DNA from: Promethearchaeota archaeon
GTDB taxonomy: Archaea; Asgardarchaeota; Lokiarchaeia; Sigyniarchaeales; SOKP01
Length of the DNA: 64,000 nucleotides
Direction: 5' to 3'
Assembly (NCBI GenBank): GCA_019058445.1
Contig: JAHPZA010000010.1
Coordinates: 224,001 to 288,000 of the forward strand
This document shows positions 49,966 through 60,095 of this stretch, piece by piece. Both the position numbers and the translations under genes were made by a program. Within the stretch, counting starts at the first letter, position 1. Each line of letters starts with the position of its first letter. The notes beneath the pieces are model-generated. The model ran no database searches and was not told the DNA's origin. It saw only the letters and a program-made list of their open reading frames with translations.

Positions 49966-51183
49966 CTGAATATTGGCATCTTTTTTATGCACCCACCGGG
50001 TGAAAGCATGGGCTCAATTTTTCGAGTAAGAAGTCTCTGCCAAGGATTAACCAAACTATCACATAAATGTTTTATCTTTACGCCTTTCCATTATTATCAA
50101 GATTGGGGGCCTCTAGTTAAATTTTTTACAGTCCCGGTTATAACTTCAGACGGAAAAATCTCAAAAAAGCTATATAAAATAGTGAGAAAGGTATTAGATA
50201 TTCAAATTCTATCTAATATTACTGTGTTAAATCCAACTGTTTTAGATTTAACATTAATACGTATTTCTAACAGTCTTTTGAATGTTATCAAAGAATTTTC
50301 TATTGATATAGATGTAATGATAGGAGAGACTGAAATAGGCGGCTTAGTTTTAACTAAAATTAAAGATCAATTAAATTGTCCTATAATTGTTGATTATCAA
50401 AATTATTGGCCTGAAGAATTAGTTGATCATAAAATCATTAAGCGCTTTGGAAGAAAATATAATCATTTGATTACCTTAGAGAATGAAGTTATAAATAAGA
50501 CAGATATGATTTTTACAGTAAGTAATACTCTAAAGAGTTTTTTGTTAAAAAATTTTAATCAAATAGATTCATCTAAAATAAAAACAGAAATAATTGGGGG
50601 TTTCCCAGTTTTAGAAAAACCTAAAGAAAAAAGTTTACCTCCAAAAATAATAAATGCTGGAATGGTTGTCCATAGAAGCAATTTTAAATTTTTTTTTGAT
50701 TGTGTACCTTATATTTTAAAAAGTTATCCTAGTACTCAAATATATATTACAAAAAAGGGAGAGAAATTAAAAGAAACTATGAAGATGGCAAATAAAAAAC
50801 ATCTCAATATCAATTTTTATTGGAAGGACACACATCAAGAGTTTATTGAGTTATTAAGTCAATGTCATGTAGGAGTAGTTACTTCTACATATGAACTAAC
50901 AAGAAAATTTGGATTTGTAACTAAAATTTATGATTATTTTTCTGTCGGTATACCTGTTGTTGGAAATGACATAGGAGGTTGGACAAAAATAATTGAAAAA
51001 GAAAGGTTAGGAATTTTATCAACAAATGATCCTAAAGATTTAGCTGAAAAAATAATTTTTTTCATTAAAAATCCAGATATAGGATATGAGTATGGGCAAA
51101 GAGCTATTAATTTTCTAAAAAAAAAACACAATGTGGTAATCTCTGCTCAAAATATAATAAATCATATAAATAATCTTTTATAA
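49966..51183 (+). CDS. GT4 glycosyltransferase, probable CTG start at 49966
   Basis: GGTGG RBS followed by CTG-AAT-ATT-GGC-ATC, giving (M)NIGIFFMHP. TKIYDYFSVGIPVV motif. Confidence 0.8.
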   Translation: MNIGIFFMHPPGESMGSIFRVRSLCQGLTKLSHKCFIFTPFHYYQDWGPLVKFFTVPVITSDGKISKKLYKIVRKVLDIQILSNITVLNPTVLDLTLIRISNSLLNVIKEFSIDIDVMIGETEIGGLVLTKIKDQLNCPIIVDYQNYWPEELVDHKIIKRFGRKYNHLITLENEVINKTDMIFTVSNTLKSFLLKNFNQIDSSKIKTEIIGGFPVLEKPKEKSLPPKIINAGMVVHRSNFKFFFDCVPYILKSYPSTQIYITKKGEKLKETMKMANKKHLNINFYWKDTHQEFIELLSQCHVGVVTSTYELTRKFGFVTKIYDYFSVGIPVVGNDIGGWTKIIEKERLGILSTNDPKDLAEKIIFFIKNPDIGYEYGQRAINFLKKKHNVVISAQNIINHINNLL

Positions 51184-51270
51184 CAAGGTTTATATATTCT
51201 TTTAAGTTAATATACAGCAAATTATATATAAGAATTATAGAAAAATTGAATTTAAGAAAGTAACATTAAG

Positions 51271-52236
51271 TTATTTCCTAAAAAAAATTCGTCTAATCAA
51301 ATTAGAAAATACAACTTTGGGAAATAAAACGCTCGTATAATCACATTCTTTACAAATTCTTATTCTACTATTTCGTATCAATTCATTTCTTAATAGTACA
51401 TATTTTTTATTTGACCATATCTCTATTAATCTATTTTTCTTAACATCTCCCATTATTTCATTAAATAACCAATCATTACAACAAAATAGAGCTTCTCCTT
51501 TAAAATTAATGTACATTTGTTCAAAAGGGCGATTACAGAATAAATTTAGAGGTGTTGGAGTCGTTCTCCCTTCCATAAGCCCAGATCTATTCGACATCTT
51601 CTTAATACTGGGAAAAAAACGATATATTTTTATTTTTTTTTGATTAGCTGCATAACAAATAAAGGTCTTTATTTCGGATTCAACTGTATAACATTCCTCA
51701 GTTTTTACATTATTAAATTGAACCATTGAATAATCATTAATTCTTATAAAAGTCAATCCAACATTAAATAAATTGCATAATAAACCATTTGTTAAATTAG
51801 TTCCATTAGAATATAATCCAATAATCGCATTAGGACAATTTTTATTAGCTATTTGGACAAATTCTACAATTCTTTTGTCTAACAATGGTTCATTTTGTAA
51901 ATACAGCATTATTTCACCCCTGTAATTTAATTCTGAAAGTTCATGGATAATTTTGTTAAACACATCTAATGACATTTTACCATGTTCCCTCTTTATCTTA
52001 TTATTAGGACAAAATTGACAATTTAGATTGCAATAGGTTTGTGTCTGAATTTGTATAGAATGGAAAAGATCTTTGGTTTGATCAAATTTTCGATAATTTA
52101 ATTTAACAAATTCGATAAAAGGTTTAATTATTAGTTTTTTAATATTCCAATTAGAATTTTGATATAATAGATAATAGTATTTAAATAAATAATTAAGATA
52201 GATTTTATTTATAAGATTTTTAAAGAAGCTCATCAT
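51271..52236 (-). CDS. Radical SAM/SPASM (twitch) domain protein
   Basis: CNLNCQFC, NEPLLD and SNGT motifs, C-terminal CNRPF...CCND...CKEC. Confidence 0.88.
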   Translation of the reverse strand: MMSFFKNLINKIYLNYLFKYYYLLYQNSNWNIKKLIIKPFIEFVKLNYRKFDQTKDLFHSIQIQTQTYCNLNCQFCPNNKIKREHGKMSLDVFNKIIHELSELNYRGEIMLYLQNEPLLDKRIVEFVQIANKNCPNAIIGLYSNGTNLTNGLLCNLFNVGLTFIRINDYSMVQFNNVKTEECYTVESEIKTFICYAANQKKIKIYRFFPSIKKMSNRSGLMEGRTTPTPLNLFCNRPFEQMYINFKGEALFCCNDWLFNEIMGDVKKNRLIEIWSNKKYVLLRNELIRNSRIRICKECDYTSVLFPKVVFSNLIRRIFFRK

Positions 52237-52358
52237 TTTTTCAAATTTAAAATAATATATCTTTTAAATTATCTAAATAACTTAATTTTTATGGTTTTTA
52301 ATAACGTCTTTTCTTATTATTTGAGAGAATTTTTAAATTTTTAAGCATTTTTTAATGT

Positions 52359-53543
52359 ATGGATGATTTGAATACTTCTACCTTACTTTATATTACGCAA
52401 ACAAGACAAAAAAACCTTGATAAACTAATTGGACATAGATTTACTGAAGCTTTTTCATGGAGGTATTATTTTAAGAGAGTTATTGTTTTATTTTACTCAT
52501 CTACAAATAATTATCTTTTTAAAAAAATACATAGTAATACGTATACGATTGGAATACCATTTGATTTATCATCTTCAACTGGGAAAAGTATTTTTAATCT
52601 CGGGAAAAATTATTTAAATTTATTAGTATTTTTGTTTAAACTTACAAAAATAATTAAAATTGATATGATTAGATTAGAGAATATTGTTATATCGGGACCA
52701 CCAATATTCGTAATAAGTAAAATTAAAAAAATTCCACATGTTCTATGGTTAGGTGGTTATGAAAGAAAAGCAATATTCGCAAAATACAAAAAAAATTTAT
52801 TGACTTGGTTTATATCAAAAATTATTGTTATTTTTGAATCAATAATTTTCAGGAATGCTAATTTTGTTTATCCTGTATCAGATGAACTTTTAGATTTAGT
52901 AAAAAAAAGATTTGTTAAAAATGTTTTTTTAAGTCCCAATTATATAGATTTATCCCTTTTTAGTGATCACCATGAAAATGAACAAACTATAGAAAATAAG
53001 ATTTCCCTATTGTATGTTGGAAGATTTGAAGAAGAAAAAGGAATAAAAATTCTTATAAAATCAATAAAAATCTTATTAAAAGAAACTAATAATTTTGAAT
53101 TAAATTTAGTTGGTGATGGCTCACTTAAAGATTGGATAGTCAATTTTATTGAGAGAAATAATATTAAAAATATAAGACTTCTTGGATTAATAGATTATAA
53201 AGATATGCCTAATATTTATAATATGGCAGACGTGTTTATTTTACCATCAATAACAGAAGGTTCACCAGGATCGATAATTGAGGCAATGGGATGTGGAACT
53301 GCTACAATCTGCACTGCTGTTGGAGAATGTCCAAAAATAATTAAAGATGGTATTGATGGGATTATAATAGAACCAAATGATCCTCAAAAACTAGCAGAGG
53401 CAATTATATATCTTATTAATAATAGAGATTTAATTACAAAATTTAGGAAAAATGGAAGACTTTCTGCTATTAGACGGACAAAGAATTATATAAAAATACA
53501 TAAATATGTTTATGAACAAATTTTAAAAACTTTTAAGGTTTAG
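52359..53543 (+). CDS. GT4 glycosyltransferase
   Basis: YVGRFEEEKG and PSITEGSPGSIIEAMGCG motifs. Confidence 0.92.
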   Translation: MDDLNTSTLLYITQTRQKNLDKLIGHRFTEAFSWRYYFKRVIVLFYSSTNNYLFKKIHSNTYTIGIPFDLSSSTGKSIFNLGKNYLNLLVFLFKLTKIIKIDMIRLENIVISGPPIFVISKIKKIPHVLWLGGYERKAIFAKYKKNLLTWFISKIIVIFESIIFRNANFVYPVSDELLDLVKKRFVKNVFLSPNYIDLSLFSDHHENEQTIENKISLLYVGRFEEEKGIKILIKSIKILLKETNNFELNLVGDGSLKDWIVNFIERNNIKNIRLLGLIDYKDMPNIYNMADVFILPSITEGSPGSIIEAMGCGTATICTAVGECPKIIKDGIDGIIIEPNDPQKLAEAIIYLINNRDLITKFRKNGRLSAIRRTKNYIKIHKYVYEQILKTFKV

Positions 53544-53578
53544 AATTTATACAATATAATAACTGAAGGAATTCTATC

Positions 53579-55444
53579 ATGGAGTATCTTATAGGGGGAT
53601 ATATAGAAAATCCTCAACTATTGATTGAGAAAACTTTAAAATTTTTTGAGAAAAGATTTTCTCAACCTGTTGTATTTGAAGGAATCACCAAAAGTAATTC
53701 TTTTATGGGTATTATTAAAGAAAAGTCAAAAAAAACGAATGTTAATATTTGGTTTTTTGATGAGTGTAAGTTATTTAAAAGCTTATATTATAGTAAGATC
53801 CCAGAAAATATAAAAGGAAAAAAATCTGATAAGGATCATCGAATAGAATTAGCTAATTTAAAAAATGATTATATTTTTGTCAATTATGATGAACAAAAAG
53901 GAATAAAAGTTTATAAGGATATATTTGCACGTGAAAAAGTATATTATACAATAAACAAGCCATATTTATTCAGTACTTCTTTAAAATTATTAATTTTTTT
54001 ATTGGAGAAACCAAATTTCAATTATATATCATTAGGACGTTATTTAGGATCTGGTTTAAACAACGGAAATGAAACTATCTTTAAAGAAATTAACAGATTA
54101 GAACTTGGAGAGAATTTATATATTAACTCAGATAATATCAAAGTATTTAAAACTTGGATACCATCAAAAGAATTTTTTAAAATATCAAACCACACTGTAT
54201 TAGATACTCAATACTGGGTTGATTATATTTATGATACGTTAAAAGAAACCTTAGACTTACCAACTGAGCAACCAATTTTATCAATGATGAGTGGTGGTTT
54301 AGATTCAACTGTTCTTACTTCGATTTTTAAAAAAGAATACGAAACTCCTATTGAAGCATTAACAGTCTTTGTTCCTGGTTATAATGAAGAAGAAGTTGAA
54401 AAAGCAAGAGAAATAGCTGAATATATTGATATTCCTCATTTTATTAATGAAATAAAAATCAGAGATTATGAAAGTTTTATAAATACTTCTACGGAAATAT
54501 TTAATATCTTAGAAGAACCAATGGGAGGAACAGCATATTTTTCAAGATTTTCGGGATACCATGAAATTAATAAATTAGCTAAAAAAAATTCTATGATTGG
54601 TGAGGGTGCTGGTGAATCAATGAGTTACTTAAGACACCATGTCTTAAATAATTTTAAAAGAACTTCCTATTTATTTCATATACCCAGAAAAATGAGAATT
54701 CATGCTTCTAGATTATTACATCATTTTTATTATCCGTCTTTTAAGATTACTAATTTATTGAAAAATAAGAATACAATAAATTCTATTGATATTTTGCTTA
54801 ATTCTAATTTTTTAGACACTAATTCTAAATTTCAAACTTTTATGACTTCTGTTCAATTTACCCATATGGAAGATGTTTTTAAATTAACTCGTCGTAGATT
54901 AAGTTTAGATGTATATTCAGATGTGAATGTAAACATTTATAACTCTTATCCTTATAATGATTATAATAAATTTGGATATCAACTCTTATATTTAAGTCCA
55001 AATGGAGATCCTTTAATTTCTAGTGTTTTATCCAGTTATTATGATCTAAAACTATATATTCCTTTTAATTCAGATCTATCTTTTAAAAAGCTTATACCTT
55101 TACCACCTTATATTAAATTAACTGGAGAAGGTTATAGAAGTCGATATAAATGGATTGTTCGTGAAATGGCAATGAGAAAAAGACTTTTACCTGAAAAATA
55201 TTTTGAGTGGAAACCAAAGTATGGTTTAAGGCAGGAGTTTTTCAATCCAGATTCGTTCAATACTGTTAAAACCTATGCCCTTGATATAATTAAAACATTG
55301 AATCCTGAATTCTACCTTAATTTAAATAGTTTTAAAAACTTTTTTAAAAAATCAACTTTAAAGAGAATAAAACATCACTCATCTGAATATTTGAAATTTA
55401 ATATTTGGCTTGGATTTTTAGGATGGTTAGCTTCAATTTCTTAA
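53579..55444 (+). CDS. Divergent asparagine-synthase-related ATP-dependent amide ligase lacking the N-terminal Cys
   Basis: MSGGLDST PP-loop, EEPM, GEGAGE and KW..RE..LP..KPKYG motifs. N-terminus MEYLIGG lacks Cys and HRG. Confidence 0.75.
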   Translation: MEYLIGGYIENPQLLIEKTLKFFEKRFSQPVVFEGITKSNSFMGIIKEKSKKTNVNIWFFDECKLFKSLYYSKIPENIKGKKSDKDHRIELANLKNDYIFVNYDEQKGIKVYKDIFAREKVYYTINKPYLFSTSLKLLIFLLEKPNFNYISLGRYLGSGLNNGNETIFKEINRLELGENLYINSDNIKVFKTWIPSKEFFKISNHTVLDTQYWVDYIYDTLKETLDLPTEQPILSMMSGGLDSTVLTSIFKKEYETPIEALTVFVPGYNEEEVEKAREIAEYIDIPHFINEIKIRDYESFINTSTEIFNILEEPMGGTAYFSRFSGYHEINKLAKKNSMIGEGAGESMSYLRHHVLNNFKRTSYLFHIPRKMRIHASRLLHHFYYPSFKITNLLKNKNTINSIDILLNSNFLDTNSKFQTFMTSVQFTHMEDVFKLTRRRLSLDVYSDVNVNIYNSYPYNDYNKFGYQLLYLSPNGDPLISSVLSSYYDLKLYIPFNSDLSFKKLIPLPPYIKLTGEGYRSRYKWIVREMAMRKRLLPEKYFEWKPKYGLRQEFFNPDSFNTVKTYALDIIKTLNPEFYLNLNSFKNFFKKSTLKRIKHHSSEYLKFNIWLGFLGWLASIS

Positions 55445-55488
55445 TCTATTAATCTATTATTAATCCCTATAAATATAGGGTTTATATC

Positions 55489-55678
55489 TTAATTTATATC
55501 TAAATTTATTGATATATTTGAAAATTCACTAAATGAGGAAGTTTTACTAAATACTCCCGGGAATAAAACTAATACTTTATGTCCATATTTAGCAAGATAT
55601 TCAACGATTTTAAACGCATTAAGTGCTACTGCCCCAATACTTGGAGGAAAATCCATGGACTATGGATAAAATATTCAT
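55489..55678 (-). pseudogene. Frameshifted, truncated GT4 remnant (paralog of 48590..49786)
   Basis: Reads MNILSIVHGF, then an extra T, then PPSIGAVALNAFKIVEYLAKYGHKVLVLFPGVFSKTSSF..stop. The intact paralog reads MKILYFVQGFPPSIGAAALNSYKIVEFLAKFGHHILVLSPSVFSKTSDF. Confidence 0.88.
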
Positions 55679-55917
55679 TTTTTAAACCAAAGAGTATTTA
55701 TACGTTTATAGATACTAATTATTTTTAACAAAATTTAAAGTTAGTTAAATTTAAAATGTGACGAGAATTGGACAGATCTCTAGATTTTATCCTTAATTTT
55801 AAATCAAATGACTTGTCAGAAATAATTTAAAATATATTTAATTCTAAAAAGTATTTAATTTATAAAAATTAGAATAGAAATTTACCTTTAAGAAAAGAGA
55901 TTTTAGATTTAGAAATA

Positions 55918-57783
55918 ATGTCCGAAGAGAACTCGGTTATCATAAAGTCAAGTTTTCGAAATCTAAGGAAAAAAATATCCGAATTATCTCATCTCGATTT
56001 AGTTCAAGAATTTTTTTATGCTGGAATCGGGATACTCCCTTTCCTGATTTTATATAGTTTTCTTCCGAGTAGTTATTGGGAAGAACCCTACAGAAATATA
56101 ATTTGTGCCATCATAATCTTATCCTTTTTTATGGTTTTTATTATATTAAACCAACCAACCTCCCAATTAAAAGTCTTGAAGGTAAATTATAAGAGAAATA
56201 TTATTCTTTTTACAGTTTGTAATCTTGCAATTTTAACTTTCTTATTTTTTAGAACGGATTTTGGGTATTATGGTTTGTATGCAGATAATTATTATCGTAC
56301 AGCTTATGTTACTCAAATGGCTTATAGCATGTATCCTCAGGACATGGCCATTAAAGGTTATTCGGCTTTTATGGCTCCTTTGTATTGGTATATACTAGCT
56401 TTAATCGCAGTACTATTTCACATCGAACCATACAAAATGATACGAATTGGATTTCTTATCTCATACTACATATTACCGATACTCTTGTATGAGGTTTGGA
56501 AAAAGTTAGTAGACAAAAAATCATCTTTTTATATAACAGCTATTTTTTTTACCTTCATCGCTAATTTTAATGAAATAACTTGGATTGATCATTTAATTGG
56601 ATATGCATTCTTCGTTCCATTTTTTATATATTATTTTGAAAACTATAAAAATAAAGATTTTATAAAGAAAGATTATATTATCGCAGGGCTCCTCGGATCT
56701 TTACTGATATGTACTTTTTATTTATATTTTATACTAGTTCCTATTTATTTAATGATAGTTTTTATTCAAAGTAAACTAAAAAAAGAGCTCTATGAATTTA
56801 AACGGAAACTAATAAGAATTTCTCATATTACAATCTTCATTATTTTATTTAGTTTATGGTTTTGGGTCCCATTAACAATAAATATAATTCTTATAGGCTA
56901 TGAGAACCATCAAAACCTTTTTTTTCCGAATTATGCTTTAGACATGCCTTTTGAAGCTTATTTAAAATTTAATTTATTTAGTATAGTATTGATATTAGGA
57001 GTAATATTTATCTTAATGAATTACAGTACTTCAAAATTCCTGAATATTCTTGGAAATCTTATATTATCAGTCTATATCCTCTATTTATTAGGATTTGTAG
57101 GATTACTAATTGGGTTTCCTCTAGTGCATTACAGAGTTTTAGTAGTATCTCATTATGTTATTTTAATTGCTTTTAGTATATTCTATATAAAATTCTTCCA
57201 AATTTTAAGAGAAAGCAATATAATTGTCCAATTTAAGAAAAAGATTAATTTAAAAACTGTTGAGATATATATCATTATAATTATCATATTTTACCAAAAT
57301 TATGAGAATACGGTAAAACTTTATAAATCAGAAGGTTATAAACGTAGTGTTAACGAGGAAATTCCAGATGAAGTTGAGATATTTCGTGAATTAGATTATA
57401 AAGATAAAGTTTTTTTAACACAATATTATGAAGTTGCTGCATATTTACCTATTTATCTATTTGTTGTTTATAATACCCATTTTAGTCATCCTAGTGCGTT
57501 AAATAATGAAAGAATAAAGTTCTTAAAAGATTTATCCGAATGTAAGTCATCAAAAGAATTTTATGATAAAATAATGAATAATAAGTTTGGTCCCATTGAT
57601 TATTTTATTCTTGAACCTACAAATGATAATGAAACTGAATATCTATTTGATACGGCTGAAATAGAGTATTATCCAAATCGCTGGAATGTAAAAATAACTT
57701 TTGATGCAGAACTTTTTGAAAGCAGTAGTTATTTTGAGAGACATAAAATTAAAGAAGTAATTATTTATAAGACAATTTATTAA
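55918..57783 (+). CDS. AftA-like (GT85) arabinofuranosyltransferase, copy 3
   Basis: ADNYYRTAYVTQM..QDMAIKGYSAFMAPLYW, SHPSALNNER and GPIDYFIL motifs. Confidence 0.75.
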   Translation: MSEENSVIIKSSFRNLRKKISELSHLDLVQEFFYAGIGILPFLILYSFLPSSYWEEPYRNIICAIIILSFFMVFIILNQPTSQLKVLKVNYKRNIILFTVCNLAILTFLFFRTDFGYYGLYADNYYRTAYVTQMAYSMYPQDMAIKGYSAFMAPLYWYILALIAVLFHIEPYKMIRIGFLISYYILPILLYEVWKKLVDKKSSFYITAIFFTFIANFNEITWIDHLIGYAFFVPFFIYYFENYKNKDFIKKDYIIAGLLGSLLICTFYLYFILVPIYLMIVFIQSKLKKELYEFKRKLIRISHITIFIILFSLWFWVPLTINIILIGYENHQNLFFPNYALDMPFEAYLKFNLFSIVLILGVIFILMNYSTSKFLNILGNLILSVYILYLLGFVGLLIGFPLVHYRVLVVSHYVILIAFSIFYIKFFQILRESNIIVQFKKKINLKTVEIYIIIIIIFYQNYENTVKLYKSEGYKRSVNEEIPDEVEIFRELDYKDKVFLTQYYEVAAYLPIYLFVVYNTHFSHPSALNNERIKFLKDLSECKSSKEFYDKIMNNKFGPIDYFILEPTNDNETEYLFDTAEIEYYPNRWNVKITFDAELFESSSYFERHKIKEVIIYKTIY

Positions 57784-57798
57784 GAAAATATAAGCATA

Positions 57799-59802
57799 AT
57801 GTTAGTTGGTACAAAAGATTATTTCCTGAATTTTTTACTAGTTTGTCTAATCTTTTATTTATTTGTCATCTTAATCTCTGTTTTTGGATTTATTTTTATA
57901 TACTATATTCGAAAAATAAACAAGAAAGATTGGGAATTAAATTTCATAGAAACATTCATAATTAGTTTTGCCATCGGCTTATCTATATACATTTCTTATT
58001 GTTTTATATTAGATATTTTCAAATTTTATAATTTTTTCTCTGGATACTACATATTTGCTATAATTGATGCCTACTTTATTTGGTATTTAATATATCGAGG
58101 AGAAATTAATAGTAAACAGATTTCAAATTATTTTTCCTCTTTAATAAAAAAAATCAAAACCCAAACTAAACAGACAATTACACTAATCCTTATTCTAATT
58201 TTCGTATTCTGTTGGCAAATATGGGTTCAGTGGGAAATAATAACCAGTGAGTATGCCATTCCTTCCAGAGATACCTACGTTTGGCTAGGACAGTCATGGT
58301 ATTTATTAGAAAACGGTTATCTTTGGAGAGAACATATGCCACTCCATTATCCGAAAGGATATACCTTTTATCTGGCTGGACCAGAGCTAATTTATCCCGA
58401 TTGGCGTTTAGCATATTTTTATATGAAGTTTGGAGGAATACCTTTTTTTTCCTTTTATATTTTTGTTGTTTTTATTATTTTAAAGCGTTTATTCCAACTA
58501 AATTATATGATTTTCATAGGTTTATTATTAATTTTGATATCTAACTACTTATATTCTAGCTTTGATTCTTTCGTTTCATCCTCAATTCCCACTTTATTAA
58601 TTCTAATATCTTTAATTATTTTTATTTCGAAATCACCATTTTATCTTACAGGATTTTTTATATCAGTAATTTTCCTTTTTAATGCAATATTTGGATTATT
58701 TTACCTAATGATAATTATTCCATTGCTTTTTATAAAATTTTTATCTGTAAAACGAGAATATAGTAAATTTATAGTTAATTTTATTGGAAAAACAGGGATT
58801 ATCACAGTAACTTTATTGATATCCTACGTAATTCATACTATTATTGTTCAAAATGTTTCCATTTTTGATATAATATATGCATATTTATTTGAATTTGGAT
58901 ATCTAAATACTAATATCTCTAATAGAATTGTTTTAACAGGATCAACCCCTGTTATCTTACAATTTAGGTATATTTTAAGAGATTTATTTCCCCATAATGA
59001 TATTATTTCTCAATTTTTAGACATTGAAAAGAAAGTGTTATCTTATTTCTTTATATTTGTTTTAATAAGTTTGTTCTTACCTACAAAACGATTTTTTAAT
59101 AAAAAATATCGAGATTTTATTAACCTAGCAAAAATTGCAGTTTTAGTAATCATTACTTTCTACGTGGCAGAAATAATTTTTGAAGATTCTTCAAATATTT
59201 TTGCTCAAAGCATACCGTGGTTTAAGTGGAGAGCTTTAGAGGCTTTTGCTGCACCCTCAATCATTTTATGTTGTTTTGTAATTGAAAAGGTTATTGAAAA
59301 GACAAATAAGCTTACATTTTACTTGTTCAATAAAAGTAGACTATATAAAAACCTCATAAGAAATACAACAATCTCAAAATTCGTTAGAATCGAAAATATT
59401 GTGATATCTTTATTGATAATTTCAAGCTTAGCCACCCTTGTAAGTCAACAAAGGATTTATACCAGTTATTATTTTGAAAAAGATCAAATTGATACAATTT
59501 TCTACATTAAAGAAAATATTCCCGATGAATCCAAAATCTTAGTTTCGGATTTTAATGATGGCCCTAATTGTCTTTATAATTTACTAAGCACCTATAAAGT
59601 CTACAAATGGGATTTTGAATTCAGCGAAAATACATTTAATGAAACTATTGAATATATCATTGATAAGGGGATTGATTATATTTTGTTGGATTACACCATG
59701 ATTAATTCTACTGAAAAGGGTTTTTTTACCAGCTATTACTATTTTGATGATTTGTATGAAAATGATTATGATATCATTTTTGAAGTTGAAATTAAGACTT
59801 AA
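57799..59802 (+). CDS. Polytopic membrane protein, putative GT-C glycosyltransferase
   Basis: SRDTYVW..HYPKGY loop, many TM segments, C-terminal YIKENIP..IDYILL domain. Starts 15 bp after AftA-like copy 3. Confidence 0.55.
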   Translation: MLVGTKDYFLNFLLVCLIFYLFVILISVFGFIFIYYIRKINKKDWELNFIETFIISFAIGLSIYISYCFILDIFKFYNFFSGYYIFAIIDAYFIWYLIYRGEINSKQISNYFSSLIKKIKTQTKQTITLILILIFVFCWQIWVQWEIITSEYAIPSRDTYVWLGQSWYLLENGYLWREHMPLHYPKGYTFYLAGPELIYPDWRLAYFYMKFGGIPFFSFYIFVVFIILKRLFQLNYMIFIGLLLILISNYLYSSFDSFVSSSIPTLLILISLIIFISKSPFYLTGFFISVIFLFNAIFGLFYLMIIIPLLFIKFLSVKREYSKFIVNFIGKTGIITVTLLISYVIHTIIVQNVSIFDIIYAYLFEFGYLNTNISNRIVLTGSTPVILQFRYILRDLFPHNDIISQFLDIEKKVLSYFFIFVLISLFLPTKRFFNKKYRDFINLAKIAVLVIITFYVAEIIFEDSSNIFAQSIPWFKWRALEAFAAPSIILCCFVIEKVIEKTNKLTFYLFNKSRLYKNLIRNTTISKFVRIENIVISLLIISSLATLVSQQRIYTSYYFEKDQIDTIFYIKENIPDESKILVSDFNDGPNCLYNLLSTYKVYKWDFEFSENTFNETIEYIIDKGIDYILLDYTMINSTEKGFFTSYYYFDDLYENDYDIIFEVEIKT

Positions 59803-60095
59803 AAGAAGCACGGTCCCTCTTGAGTTCAATCTTATCAATTCCAACAGCAAAAAGAAATAAACTATAATTTAGTAAATAAAAAGAAAATCTTTTTTTCTAA
59901 CTTATATTGAAGTTCCCTTCTTAAAATAAAAATGAGAATAAATCCCAGAAGGAATTTTGTTTGATTTACAAATAAATATAAGATTAAATTTCCATTTGAA
60001 ATTGCAAATAAAAAAATAAATCTATGAAATAACTATTACTTTAAATAATTTTAATGAGATTTAAGATTTATTTTAATTCTTTATTTTTTTTGCTT

